From the NCBI GenBank assembly GCA_951406725.2, contig OX597826.1, positions 66,526,001 through 66,590,000 on the forward strand: a DNA stretch of 64,000 nt, given 5' to 3'. Both the position numbers and the translations under genes were made by a program. Positions 41,281 to 55,733 of this stretch are shown here, piece after piece. The number at the start of each line of letters is the position of its first letter. Positions within the stretch are counted from its first letter, which is position 1. The notes under the pieces are model-generated. The model was not told where the DNA came from. It was given only the letters and a program-made list of their open reading frames with translations, and did no database searches. The DNA comes from Octopus vulgaris (lineage: Eukaryota).

Positions 41281-43228
41281 AAATAAAAACTTCTTTGCGT
41301 TGTTACATAAGATAGACTGGCGATGTTAACAATTGCCATGTATTGTGTTACACAAGTTAATGTCTTTCGTTCAACAGCCGCTGGCGAAGTGAATAATTAC
41401 TTCGACGCATGTTGATGTCCTGCAAAGTAAACTTGTATATATTCCATGTTCGTTTCATGAAGTCTGTTTTTCCCTTTATTTACTTTTTACCGATATATAC
41501 TCATAACAACGAATACCAGATGAGTCTTTGTGCACTCACAATCTTGAATTATCTTTCTGAGATTGCATATGATTTGTATTAGATTTATGTGCTTCTCGCT
41601 CTCTCTCTCTCTCTTTCTCTCTCAACACATTCTCTCTCTCTCTCTTTCTCTCTCACACACATTCTCTCTCTCTCTCTCTCCCTCCCTCTTTTTATCTTGT
41701 ATGTAATTATGTATGTACGTATGCATGAATGCATGCATGTGTGTGTGTGTGCGCGCGCGTATGATTTTGTTCCACCAGGGTTTGCAGGACGTCCTCGTTG
41801 AGCTCTACAGATCTTCTAGGACGAGGCTCGTCTTCTAGGCTGTAATTTCCTGGAATCACCGCTGACAATGGCTTACGCTTATTGTCCGATCCCCATATAC
41901 TGCATCAGTATTCCTCGCATTTTCCGTTGCGTTGCTGCCTTTATTGAACTCATAAGGCAAAATATGCCGAATATGCTCCTTTGCCACTTCTATTATAGCT
42001 TTGGAAAAAATGGCTGTTAAAATCGAACTGCACTCTTCAAAACTTGCACTAAGACTAAGTATAAGGTAAAATTAGTACCTGCTTTTATAGCAAGTTGATG
42101 CAGGTAGTTTATCCCGCCCCCCTCCGACTTTTAGTTCAACGAATTGAAAAAACCCGCATTATTTATGGGATAACCCAATATATACATACATATACATACA
42201 TACATGCATATATATACACAAATACATGTTGCATCTACATATATATTCATATATATATATATATATATATACATCGATCGATACATGCATACAAATACAT
42301 GCATACACATACATGCATACATGTACACACACATACATGCACACACACATACATGCATACATACATATACACACATACACATACATATATATACACACAT
42401 ACATAAACACATACATGCACACACATACACACACATACATACATACTCACATACACAGATACATACATAATACATGCACACATACATACATACACACATG
42501 CACACATACATACAAACACATGGATACATGCATATATGCATACACATGCATACACACACATACATGGACACATGCATACATGCATGCGTACATACATACA
42601 TACATACATACATACATACATACATACATACATACATTCATGCATTCATGCATGCATGCATGCATGCATACATACATACATACATGCATACATACATACA
42701 TACATACATACACACATGTTGCATGTGCGTATATATAGGGGACGCATACAAGACCGCGTGCGGGTAACAAGACCGCTTCTAAACCAAGTGACTCCGGATT
42801 TTCGATTCAACTGTGCGAAACTCAATCTCACCGATTTAGAAGCCAGTTTTGGAACTTATACCACTTGGAAAGGCATGCATGCCACAGAATCTCTTTGCAT
42901 CCCCAAATCCTATTTCTGCACACCTAGTTATTAGAAACCAGCAATGAATATCAATGTTGGAATAGTTTAAGTGATAGGCGTGACATATGTATAAAAGGGG
43001 TGGGTCTAGAATATTCGGAAAGGGGCGTGGTTTAGAGAGGTAGGGAGTTAAAATGGAACGATGGCATGAAAGTTGGGTTTGACTTTTTGTACGGTGATTG
43101 TAGTCTTTATTATTATTATTATTATTATTTGAGGGCACATTCTTGAGACATACATTCATACATACATACATACATGTATACATACATGCAAATATACATA
43201 CATATTTATACATATACATACATGCATG

Positions 43229-43264
<36 letters not shown>

Positions 43265-43339
43265 CATACATACATACATACATACATACATACATACATA
43301 CATACATACATACATACATACATTCATGTATATTGCTGT

Positions 43340-43853
43340 TGTGACCCCCTTCGGTCATGAATGACCAGGGGATTGCACCTAGAAAGTTACCCTCCGAGGC
43401 ACAAGTCTGGGCAAGGTTGTTTTTTATAGAAGACCAGCAGTCGCCCATGCATACCAGCCTCTCCTCTCCACGCCACTGATGTTATCCAAGGGAAAGGCAA
43501 AGGCCGATACAGCTTTGCACCAGTGACGTCGCAGGTCATTTATTAACGTGCAAGTGGCTGAGCACTCCACAGACACGTGTACACTTAACGTAGTTCTCGG
43601 GGAGATTCAGCGTGACGCAGAGTGTGACAAGACTGGCCCTTTGAAATACTGGTACAACAGAAGCAGGAAGAAAGTGTGAGAGAAAGTTGTGGTGAAATAG
43701 TACAGCAGGGTTCACCACCAGCCCCTGCCGGAGTCTCGTGGAGCTTTAGGTGTTTTCGCTCAATAAGCACTCACAATGCTCAGTCCGGGAATCGACACCG
43801 CAATCCTACGACAGCGAGTCCGCTGCCCTAACCACTGGGCCATTGTGCCTCCA
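43340..43853 (-). mobile_element. tRNA-derived SINE (family D-like head), possibly composite
   Basis: Minus strand GTGGAGGCACAATGGCCCAGTGGTTAGGGCAGCGGACTCGC...GTCGATTCCCGG head. The distal part differs from 9115-9420. Confidence 0.75.
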
Positions 43854-43971
43854 CGTATATATATATATACAAAGACACACACATGCATATAATATATATA
43901 TGCATACGTGCTCGTATACACCCAAATGTTTGCACAAAAACACACAAGCATTCATGCATGCATACTTTCCG

Positions 43972-44011
<40 letters not shown>

Positions 44012-44276
44012 GTATATATGCACATATATTCACAGATACATTAATATAGACGTAAATACGAATATATTTTAGTATAATTGTATGTACACAGCTACTAATT
44101 AAATGTATGCATCATATTTGCCTATACACGTCTGTGGAATGTGCGTACAGGTAAATTTAAACATATTTTCTATGTATGGTGCGTACGAAATTCAATCTCT
44201 CCGTTCTATTTGCTTTACATTTGTCTATGGTTTGTCCTTTATTAATATTTTATTACTTATTTAGTTACTCTAAGTA

Positions 44277-44884
44277 CAGGTGCGTCGCGTGACTTTTAGA
44301 GGCCCCCTGCAACTTATTGTTTCGAGGCCCCATCCCTTCAATCAAAATTCATAATCTACGCACATTTTATTCATAGCTATATTTTACTTTATTCTGTCTG
44401 AAGTTCAATATTTCACGTTATCCTAAAGAACATATTTAGGTAGGGACGTTCTTGGAACACTCCAATATTTTTACAAGAACTTTTTCAGGTACAATGTATT
44501 ACCATTTTATTTCTTGAAATTTTCAGTTCTAGCTTTCTTCAACCGAATACACGTCGTTGATTGGTTGAAATTACCCAAATACGACAAATTTAACACGAAA
44601 TAACTTCTAAAATACGAAATTTTTATCAAAAACATTCAGAGTAAACCGTGTTCTGCGTGAGAAATTCTACCAGTATTCGAAGTTTCAAACTGTTTAGTTT
44701 AAAAAAATGAATTAAAAAATCTGTGATTGTGATGGAATAGAATCCAAATAGTTTAATTCTTGTTCAACATCTTAACCAAAGTAAATAGATCACTCATCTA
44801 CGTACTTTGATCTTCACATGGGGCCTCTAAACCACGTAGGCTCTCTGCGACCGCAAGGGTTGCAGGCGCTTAGCGACGGCCCTG
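44277..44884. mobile_element. hAT-type MITE (~608 bp)
   Basis: TIR CAGGTGCGTCGC ... GCGACGGCCCTG with 8-bp TSD TCTAAGTA/TCTAAGTG and subterminal GAGGCCCC repeats. Confidence 0.8.
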
Positions 44885-45074
44885 TCTAAGTGTTCCCTAT
44901 TTAGTTTAGAAGAGTTACGGTGTACCTCGTTGAGCCGCGCATGTGCAGTAGAGTATTCAGTTGATGCATATATATTAATGTATATGTGAGCGTCTGTGCG
45001 TCTATATATGCATGTATGTATTTGTATACATACATAAATACATACATACATACATACATATATGCACACAAATA

Positions 45075-45439
45075 TCTATTATATAAAACCCGTTCTGTCT
45101 GTCTGTGTGTGTGTCTTCTAGGATCTTTGGCATCCTCCATCCGATTGCGCTCAAATTTGATATGTTGATACCGACGGTATCAGGGCGTGTATAAGTCTTG
45201 AAAAAATGACAAAAAAAAACCCCAGGTGAGAATGCGATCGATAAAGCCGTGGGAACGTGCATTTGTACGCGCAAGCACATCAGTCGAAATCCCTCTTTTG
45301 CTGGTGTCTCAAATTTAGGTTAAATCAGTGTTTCTCAAAGGGGAGGCCTATGGGTCGGTAGGACAAGTTGTTTTGAGTAAATTTGGTTGAAATGTTTGAC
45401 AACTCAGCACCATCCATTGGACGGGGGGCGTTTTGCTCG
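45075..45439 (+). mobile_element. Non-autonomous Helitron-like element
   Basis: A|TCTATTATATAAAA start followed by (CTGT)n and CCGATTGCGCTCAAATTTG. Ends CTCG|T (CTAG-like). A similar 5' start occurs at about 16846. Confidence 0.45.
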
Positions 45440-45712
45440 TATATGAGTGGCTATAGACTCAGGAGTGGCTGTGAAGTAAGTAGTTTGCTGACAAACCACA
45501 TGGTTCCGGCTTCAGTCCCACTACGTGATACCTTGGACAAGTTTCTTCTACTATAGCCTCGGGCCGACCAAAGCCTTGTGAGTGAATTTAGTAGATGGAA
45601 ACTACTATGTATGTATGTATGTATGTATGTATGTATGTATGTATGTATGTATGTATGTATGTATGTATGTATGTATGTATGTATGTATGTATATATGTAT
45701 GTATGTATTATG

Positions 45713-45888
45713 TGTGAGGGCGCGTGGCTTAGTGGTTAGGGCATTCGGCTCATGATCGTAAGGTTGTGAGTTCGATTCCCGGCGACGCGTTGTGTCCTTG
45801 AGCAAGACACTTTACGTTAATTTCACGAGCAAGCTGTTCCGTTGATCGTATCAGCTGGGACCCTCGTCGTCGTAACCGGCGGAGTCTT
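45713..45888 (+). mobile_element. tRNA-derived SINE (family E), internally deleted, nested in SINE A
   Basis: TGGCTTAGTGGTTAGG A box, GAGTTCGATTCCC B box, GTGTCCTTGAGCAAGACACTT. Relatives at about 54950-55065 (-) and 63040-63315 (+). Confidence 0.75.
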
Positions 45889-46083
45889 TAATGTATGTAT
45901 GCATGTATGTATGTCCCCCTCCATCGCTTGACCAGCGATGTTGGTATGTTTGCGTCCCCGAAACATTAGCGGTTCGACAAAAGACACCGATAAAATAAAT
46001 ACCAGGCTTACAAAGAATAAGTCCTGGGCTCAATTTATTCGATTAAAGGCGGTACTCCAGCATGGCCATAGTCAACTGACTGA

Positions 46084-46117
<34 letters not shown>

Positions 46118-46145
46118 CGTGTATAAACAATTATATGCATATATC

Positions 46146-46184
<39 letters not shown>

Positions 46185-46259
46185 CATTTTTATTATATAT
46201 GTCCCTCTTTTGTATCATCTGTCTGGATGTGTTGCATTCTTGTCCCACTTTTTGTATTC

Positions 46260-46302
<43 letters not shown>

Positions 46303-46877
46303 GTATATATTTATATATATGCATGTAACGAGAAACTCAGAGTAACAGATTTTGTTGAATTTTCTGCTGCTTAAAATAAAGTATATATGCATGTATACAT
46401 GCTCACTCACATACACACACAATCGAAATCTGTAAACAGCAAGTGTTAATAAAAGCAGAAATGAGGTGAATATTTCACGTCTGACTTACTTCAGACATCA
46501 CCAGCACCAGCATCACCACCACCATCCACCACCACCACCACCACCACCACCACCACCACCACCAGCACCACCACCACCACCAGCACCACCACCAGCACCA
46601 GCAGCACCACCACCACCTATGCCAATGATAATAATAGTAATGGCTCTGTCTTCACCCGACTGTATCTCTGTATTTATTTTACAGGTGCGACGCCATTCAC
46701 AGCAAAACTGATATCTTTTTGATTGTCAATGTCAAGGGTACGCTCCCTTTTGTTAGGGTTGTTTTTCTCTTCACCGAAATAATGGGGTCGTGTCTTTTCT
46801 TTCGTTAAACATTTTTTCGGGCTTATCTTTTAGGTTTTTCTTTGAATCTAGTTTTCTTCGGTATGTGTCAATATGAG

Positions 46878-46933
<56 letters not shown>

Positions 46934-46959
46934 CATACATATATATAGACACACACACA

Positions 46960-47012
<53 letters not shown>

Positions 47013-47108
47013 ACCTATATACGTATATATACACATACATATATATAGACACATAAATACATACATATATGTATATATATATACATACACACACACACAC
47101 ACACACTC

Positions 47109-47142
<34 letters not shown>

Positions 47143-47663
47143 TTGTGTGTCTGTGTTTGTCCCCCTAGCATTGTTTGACAACCGATGCTGGTGTGTTTAC
47201 GTCCCCGTCACTTAGCGGTTCGGCAAAAAGAGACCGATAGAATAAGTACTGGGCTTACAAAGAATAAGTCCCGGGGTCGATTTGCTCGACTAAAGGCGGT
47301 GCTCCAGCATGGCCGCAGTCAAACGACTGAAACAAGTAAAAGAGTAAAAGAGAGAAAAGAGTAATATATATATACACACACATACATTGTATTAAATGTT
47401 TCAGGATAAGTTGATGGTGTACAAGCGTGCGCTTGCGCGCATGTCTGCGATCTTAAAAAGATTCATTTCACAACCATGAAGGAACCGGGTTCGTTCCCGC
47501 TTCATGGCATCTTAAGCAAGTTTCTTTTTTTACCACAGCCACGGGCTTGACTGAAGCTGCATCACCCTGATTCCTCTACGTTGTTAAAAGCATACGTTAT
47601 TGCTATACATATCTGTTCAGCCATTTTGCACATTGGTTCAAAGCGTAGATTGCTCATTCAATG

Positions 47664-48663
47664 CAGTGATTCTCAACCGTTTCATTTCGTCTCTGTTGGA
47701 ATTCTTTGATTACCATTTCATTCTGGTGGACCCCCCCGCAGTCATTCGATGTTTAAAAACAAGTTTTATAGATACTTTGTTCAAAATTTCCATTTTGTTT
47801 ATCATGTTTTCACTTGTGTAGGTTGAACTACCGTAAATCCTCGAGTATTATCCGCATTTTCCCCCCAAAATTTAAAGGTCAAAATCCCTAGTGCGTACCA
47901 TATAAGAGGTTAAAAGTGAAAATTATTTTGTAAGCAATGTCCGCGGTTCAGCGCTTTCAGTACCGTAAATCCTCGAGTATAATCCGCATTTCCCCCCAGA
48001 ATTTAAAGGCCAAAATCCCTAGTGCGTACTATATACAGGGTTAAAAACGAAAAATATTTTCTAGGCAATGTCCGAGTCTCTATTTGCTGTTCGGCAATGT
48101 ATATTCAGATGCATTTTGTGACGTCGGGCGCGAAAATACCTTAAGCTAAGCCTGAAAGCAATGAAGTCATAAAAGAATCATCCATAACTTGCAGTAAACA
48201 ACATTTATTAAAATAAAAATATTCAGAACACAGAATAACATGTACCAAAAACAATTTGCAAACATATTTACATTCCCATATAACAGTTAAGAACATCACC
48301 ATTATTGTATTACGCATGCGCGGAAGTGTTTGTTCGACTTGGTGCTGCTGGCTTAATTACGCACGACTCAAGTTAGAGAAGGGGTGCGTATTATACACAA
48401 GGTTTACGTTTTTCAGAGGTACAGCCCCCTAAAAATCCCCTGTGTATTATACTCAAGGGCGGGCTATACTCGAGGATTTACAGTATGTAAAACATTGATG
48501 AAAGAAACTTAACTGTTTCTTGTCATAAATACATATAAAGCAAAATCGTTTTCATGGACCTATGAAATACTACAGTGGACCCAAGTTATTATTTTGCTTG
48601 TATGGAACCCAATCACCTTATATGGACCCCAAGGGTCACATGGCCCATGGTTGAGAACCACTG
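47664..48663. mobile_element. hAT MITE hosting a nested Tc1/pogo-type MITE
   Basis: Outer TIR CAGTGATTCTCAACC/GGTTGAGAACCACTG, homologous to 11716-12077. The insert 47831-48483 sits at a TA. Confidence 0.85.
47831..48483. mobile_element. Tc1/pogo-type MITE with duplicated left end
   Basis: Left TIR CCGTAAATCCTCGAGTAT at both 47831 and 47963, right TIR ending at 48483. Homologous to 22858-23370. Confidence 0.88.
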
Positions 48664-48935
48664 ACTTAGTAGGTAGGACACATGGACGCTCATACAGCGT
48701 TCTCGATGGAAGAGTCCATCATACAGACAGTCACTCAAGCGTACACCCACCCCTATTTATATCAATTATCTAATCTTGTTTCAGTCATTAGTGTACGGCC
48801 ATAATGGAGCACCGCCTTGAAAAATTTTTACCCCAGTATTGTTTTTTTAAAGCCTGGTACGCAAACACACCGCATCGGTTGTCAAGTGGCTGGGATGGTC
48901 AAACACAATAACTCAAAGACATATGCACGTATACA

Positions 48936-48994
<59 letters not shown>

Positions 48995-49383
48995 ATCTAT
49001 CTATCTGGCAGAATCGTTAGCACGCCAGGCGAAATGCTTAGCGGTTTTTCGTCCGCTTCTGCGTTCTGAGTTCAAATTCCGCCCAGGACAACTTTGCCTT
49101 TCATCCTTTCGGGGTCGATAAATTAAGTACCAGTTACGCACTGGGGTCGATGCAATCGACTTAATCCGTTTGTCTGTACTTGTTTGTCCCCTCTATGTTT
49201 AGCCCCCTGTGGGTAGTAATGAAATATATCTATCTATATACAACATGCTTCTTTTAGTTTCCGTCTACCAAATCCACTCACAAGGCTTTTATCGATCCGA
49301 GGTTACAGCACAAAAGACTTGCCCAAGGTGCCAGAACCTGGAACCATGTGATTGGGAAGCAAGCTTCTTACCACACTGCTATG

Positions 49384-49425
<42 letters not shown>

Positions 49426-49678
49426 TGTATATATGTAAAATATATGTGTGTGTGTGTATATGTTTGTGTGTCTGTGTCTGTGTTTGTTCGTCCAACATTG
49501 CTTGACAACCGATGCTGGTGTGTTTACGTCCCCGTAACTTAGCGGTTCGGCAAAAAGAGACCGGGAGAATAAGTAGTAGGCTTGCAAAGAATAAGTCCCG
49601 GGGTCGATTGATTTACTCGACTAAAAGCGGTGCTCCAGCATGGCCACAGTCACATGACTGAAACAAGCAAAAGAGGGA

Positions 49679-49728
<50 letters not shown>

Positions 49729-49780
49729 ACAAGACTAGATTATAGTATTGTATATTTCTGGGCCCCATATCCTCATCTGA

Positions 49781-49820
<40 letters not shown>

Positions 49821-51085
49821 ACTTATTCATTCACTCAGGTATTTGGAATATTTTACTGATACGGTCTAATTACTCAGTTGTGCTACTCTCTTGTCAGCGT
49901 TCGTGCGTACGAGCCTGTACGCGCGCGCGTACATGTGTTTCTGTGAATATGTGCGTGTGTGTGTATGCGCGTGTACGTGCGTATGTCCCCATATGAGTGC
50001 GGACGCACTTCGATATAGTTTGTATCAACTTTTGCTTTTCCCATAACAAAACCCAAACAACCTACTTTATGGTCGAACCCTTTCGTTATTTATCTTGGCA
50101 AAAGATAGGTGGGGCGACGTCTCTGTCCTTTGAAATTCCATAATAGCGATCGTGAGTTTAGAAATGTGTGGTATCTCTGTCCTTTCTGTGACACCCCAAA
50201 CTAGTGAAGGTGGGGTGGTTTTTGCGGGTATACCTTTTCACTGACATGCCAGACAAACGAAGGTATTTTATGATCAGTTGGAATAGCTGTCGCTGAGTTA
50301 CCCTTTTTTTGTTTTTTTTTAAAGAAAATTTAATTTAGTGAGTGAAAATGATTAAATTTAATTTATTTTATACTCGTAGAGAGAGGGAAAGGAAAAAGGA
50401 AACAATAAACAATAGGCAAAAGCAAATTACTAGTTTTGTTATAAATTTTCATCATGAAAGTTAAATGTGTTTGATCTCGGCAGTGTGTGGACAACTCAGA
50501 ATGAGTTCCAGTCTTATTAAACCTCTTCAGCAATATATAGTCTTCACTTGAAGTTTCTAGATCTGAAAGACATAAAATAGTTGAAGTGAATAAATTCTGA
50601 CAGGTGTAACAACTTAGAATAATATCTGAGGGAATATTACCCAGGGACACCGTCTGCATTACTCAGAAACAAATGACTCAGTGCTAACATATTTAATATT
50701 GAGAGCCAAGAAGACGTTTCTGTTGTCTTACGAAAAAAGCGTTGCATAGGACACAGAGAGATTAACAAAAGAAAGAGAGATAAATATACCAAAAATCCTA
50801 TCCTTGCTATATTCAAAACCGGTCTTGATCCACTCCATGTAGATCCAGTTTTATCCATATATTTAAGCCAAGTTTAAATCTACTCCTCATCTTACATCTA
50901 ATATCTAAATCCCCACTTCTCCATCTTATATCGACAACCTTCTTTACGGCTAAACCTCAGCCTCATCGTGCCTCTCTTATATCTCATTTAAACCTAGTTT
51001 ATCTTATGCCTAAGTTCAGTCCTAATCCTTTGTATCGTAATCTCAAATTAAACGTTCTTTCTTTCTACGTTTGTTCTCTTTACAG

Positions 51086-51155
51086 ATAAATATTACATCA
51101 ATCTTGACAAACGTTATGGTAACATGGAAGACTCCTACGTCTACACACAAAGTCT
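51086..51155 (+). CDS. EXPERA/EBP-superfamily membrane protein, coding exon 2
   Basis: Acceptor ttgttctctttacag| and donor |gtaagt. Continues the phase-1 frame as (Y)KYYINLDKRYGNMEDSYVYTQS(L), containing the YxxxDxRY motif of EBP/EXPERA proteins. Confidence 0.9.
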
Positions 51156-52599
51156 GTAAGTATCTCGTCATACAACTGTCCTAACATTAGTAACTAATCT
51201 CTTTTGACGATGCATCTCGTTACTGTCTTCTCCAACCACGTACGCCATTTTCTTTTAAAATTATCATTAGATTAGTCTGGAGGAAGAAACAGACTGCTAT
51301 GGCTTTTGCAGGCTATCAGAGAACAACCGTTGAGATTGATGTCGTTAACGGTTTACTTGAACAGCTGAAAGTCCACTACCGCAGAACAGTTCTATTTGAA
51401 CAGTTGCCAGACCACTGGGACAGAATTCCAGACATAGTGATTAGTAAGGGACCGTAATAGAGGCGGAGACACACACAATATTTGTGTGTGCGTGTGCGTG
51501 TGTGTGTTTGTGTGTTTGTGTGTTTGTGCGTACATGCATTTATAGAATACTATATCTTGGTGTTATCTAAGGCGCCGAGCTGGGAGAAACGCTAGCACGC
51601 CGTGCGAAATGCTTAGTGGTATTTCGTCTGCCGCTACGTTTGCCGGGCGAAATCCTCATAATTACACGAGTGCATTTATTACTTGTTGCTCACTGTTGGT
51701 ATTTAAGAGTGACGGCTTGATACTATGGTCTCTTCGTCTCAGGTCACCCATAAACAAGGAAATTACGACCATAGATGTATCATCTTGTCTGATTTTAGAC
51801 AGCGAATATGATTTATAGAAGATGGTCGCTATTTCTAACTGATCGAGCGACCGGATCAAGGATTTACTCTGTCTTCGTGATGTGTGCGATGAGCGTATTT
51901 TTGTATTAAAGAAAACAAGTTTCACATGGCGCTCTTGTTAATTATCTCTCACACTACATCATCGTTTCCTTCTATCTTTACATGCGATAGTTGCGTTCAT
52001 GGTATGAATCTGTTATTGGACATACTTCATGTTAGCTTCATCAGCTATTCTCTTCAGTACCAACTTAGAGGTATATGAGGAAAGGGTATTAATTTAAGAG
52101 TGCTCCTTCTCCTTCATTGATTGTTTTCACTGTAGTTAAGGAGCTCAATCTAGCTTTACAAATATCTGTTTCGCCCATGGACGAGACACTGACAGGTATT
52201 ACCATTCCGGGTCAAAACAGACTTGGGAGAAATCGTAATTAGGGGGTGAATCCACGTTCCCCACAACTACAGAACTACCGAACTGAAACCTCAAAATTGG
52301 ATCCTGTTTAATGTTATACACAGGGCATACTACATACCTTGTTGATAATTGTCCTCTTCAGCCAAAGATACTGTTGCAAATCCCTCAAACATACATTCCG
52401 TTATGACCTGTTCTCTTCAACGATACGTCCGTTGCTAACTGTCGCCACGTAATCCTATATTTCATTGATACCTGTTGTAGTTACACCTGCGACCTTTTCT
52501 AACTACATGACTTTCTAATATTTCATCCAAAACACACAAAGACACACAAAGGCTCCCCTCTCTCACACACAGAGGTTCTCTCTCTCTCTCTCTCTCTCA

Positions 52600-52633
<34 letters not shown>

Positions 52634-52826
52634 TGACCACATAATGCACAGAGACAGCGGGTATTGGTACTGCGTGAACCACAGACCCTAGTATAGCACG
52701 CACTTTCTGTTCTATGTAAATAGTGAAACGCACATATCTACAGAAACACGTACATGCACAAAAGCATTATTTGCACACAAATGCACTCATGTAATTATGT
52801 GTTTTCATACTTTTTCTTTCTTGTAG

Positions 52827-52872
52827 AATGAATTATGCAGAAGTCATTTTGAACCTCTACACCTGTTATTTG
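52827..52872 (+). CDS. EXPERA/EBP-superfamily membrane protein, coding exon 3
   Basis: Acceptor tttttctttcttgtag| and donor |gtaagt. Phase 2 in, phase 0 out: (L)MNYAEVILNLYTCYL, with an intramembrane Glu. Confidence 0.88.
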
Positions 52873-54685
52873 GTAAGTCGTTTCTTTAGTGTTTCTTCAT
52901 TGCACATATACTCATATGCGCACACACGCACACGAGCACACATGCACGCATGCACACACATATGGAGGCAGAAATACGCACTCACTCACACATATACACT
53001 CACGCACACACACACACACATACTTTCACACTCAAACTTGCACACATTCATTCTAACACATACACGAAAACATGCGCACACATGCACACAGGCATCGCCG
53101 AGTGGTTGTTAAGTTCCCTTCGCAGCGATGAGGTCTCGGGCTCGATTTCAAACCACAGCACTTCGTGTAAATACCTCTACCAGTGTCTCTAGCCGACTCG
53201 AGACTTGTGGGTCACCGAACCCCAACGCACTTCTCTCTTAAAATCTTCGTATTTATGAATTTGTTGGGAATGAAAAATTAATATTCACAAAGCCAAAGAA
53301 CATTTACATTGACAAAATTCGAAAGGATGAAAAAACAACCCCCACCCCAACCCTCCCCAAAGAAACAAACAAAAAACGACCAACCAAGGTACAAAGTAAC
53401 ATTTCCTAGTTCTGTCTTCTTGACCGTCGGCCCAAGAATCTCGCCACACTGGACTCTCCCAGATCCACAGCATACCGCGCTTCGTCTTAAAGCAGTCGTT
53501 AGTTGAACGGATTTTAGTTTTTACTGGGCTGAATGAAATAGGCGTAGGTATGGGTGCTGTGGTTTTGGGTTCAGCATCGCACTGCGGCACCTCGAGCAAG
53601 TGTCTAAGTGTCTTCCACTATAGGGCCGGGCAGACCAATGCCTTGTGAGTGAATTTCGATGGAAGGAAACTATGCGGAAGTTTGTCGCATATACATACAT
53701 GCATACATGCATGCATACATACATACATACATACATATATGCATACATGCATGCATACATACATACATACATACATACATAAATACATACATACACACGC
53801 ACACACACACACACATACATACATACATACACAAATACACTCACACATATGTATGTATGTATGTATGTGTGTGTGTATGTATGTATGTATGTATGTATGT
53901 ATTTATGTATGTATATTGTGTGTGTGTGTGTGAGTGTCCGTGCGTGCGTGTCTTTGTGTCTGTCACCTCGGGCCACTTGTCAACCGGTGTTAGCTTATTT
54001 GCGTTCCCGTAACGTATTGGTTCAACAAGAAAATAAATGCTAATTTTAGGAAAAATAAATAAACATATAAATAAATAAAATAAAACAAAATAAAAGCTAG
54101 AGATTTAATGAGACTTGTGTAAAATCAATAATCAATAATCAATTGCTAAGATTCCAACATAAATTGCATTAGATATGATACATTTCATTTTGAGACCGAA
54201 ACGAGAGCCGGACATACAGTGTCACAACGCACTGGACATAAAGGCAAAATACTGAACGATATTAGCGATGGAGGATATTTTCTCGGCACGCTTGCCACTT
54301 TTGAACCTTTCTCTGCTTTCTTTTCGGAGATAATGTCTAATTGATGTTTTAAAAGACACCGTTCACAAGTTTTATTATTGCAAACGCATCGGCTTTGTCG
54401 CCATGTGACTGTGATGAGGCCGCTAAAATTTTCGTATTTAATATAAACGAATGACGTCAATTTCATCAACAGCCAATCAAATACTATCTTCCTCGCAAAG
54501 CCTATTTATGCTCGCATATGCACACATACACATACACACGTGTACATGAATCCGATAGAGTTATTGCCCTTACATCCTTCGGTTACGTTACTGATGGCCA
54601 AACACTCTGTTGATAAATTCAGAAGTTATCTCCCTTGCAAGTATTCTACGTCTAAAGTTAAATAGAGTCTACACAAGGACGAAAT

Positions 54686-54734
<49 letters not shown>

Positions 54735-55469
54735 TACATACATATATACATGCGTATGTACGTACGTGTTTATGTGTGTGTGCGTGTGTGCACACATTCA
54801 TACACGTTAGTCACAGTGCGCTTACTCGCATTTTTGCAACTCGCGAGTGATGCAAAGCCACCGGATCGGTGATCGGGAAAATTTCTTCCCTGGACAGAAT
54901 GCTAGTCTCTTACACGATTACGCATTTACAGAGAAGTGTAATGGACCCACCTGAAATGAAGTGTTTTGCTCAAGAACACAACGCATCGCACGGTCCAAGA
55001 ATCGAAACCACAATCTTACGATCATAATGCTGACACCCTAACCACTAAGAACACGCGCCTCCACATAAAAAATATACTTTTGCTAATATTTCGACAAAGA
55101 CAAAAACAAAAAAAAATTAAAGTTATCTCCCTTGAAATGAATTATTTCCCTTGCTAACACTACATCAAATACGTCTAAGTTATCTCCCTTCTTGAGCATC
55201 AAAAAGAGTCACAAATTGTTCGTTTTACACACATACGCACACACACAAATACACGCGCGCACACACACACATACACACCCACACACACACGCACACACAC
55301 ACAGACACACACACACAGAAACACATATAAACATTTCATTATTTCATTAATAAAAATATTGCACGTTTCGTTTTTGTCCCGTTCTAATGAATCTCTATTT
55401 CTTTCTCTGATCATTTTCTCTAATGTTTGCTAGTTTCTTATTTCATTTTCCATTTTTTCTCCTTCACAG

Positions 55470-55733
55470 GACAAAATTCGAAGCAAGCACACCATTCCTC
55501 TGGCATTCACTGTCACCGTGATGACATTCTGGAAAACCGTCTTATATTTTCTCATGTTTGCCGAGCCATGTGGAGACACCTCCTACCGAGCAGGAAACTC
55601 AGCTCTCTCTGAGTTCTTCCTCGTTATAATCCCAAACGGTGTTTGGTTGGTTCTTCCTCTTTTGGTTTTGGTCAAACTCTGGGCACACATAACACCTAAG
55701 GAACATTTGGAACTGAAGTCGAGAAACGAATAA
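55470..55733 (+). CDS. EXPERA/EBP-superfamily membrane protein, terminal coding exon
   Basis: Acceptor ttttttctccttcacag|. Reads DKIRSKHTIPLAFTVTVMTFWKTVLYFLM...FFLVIIPNGVWLVLPLLVLVKLW...RNE*, with the KTVLYF and PNGxWxxxP motifs. Spliced CDS is 280+70+46+264 = 660 nt (219 aa plus stop). Confidence 0.9.
   Translation, partial: DKIRSKHTIPLAFTVTVMTFWKTVLYFLMFAEPCGDTSYRAGNSALSEFFLVIIPNGVWLVLPLLVLVKLWAHITPKEHLELKSRNE

Noticed and set aside
43780-43853. tRNA-like sequences (also about 9350-9420 and 45713-45785)
   Set aside because: They are SINE heads continuous with SINE bodies and have no complete acceptor stem.
46685-46737. Possible cryptic exon in intron 1 after ttttacag|
   Set aside because: It introduces an in-frame stop and has a weak donor. 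Exons 1 and 2 already join perfectly.
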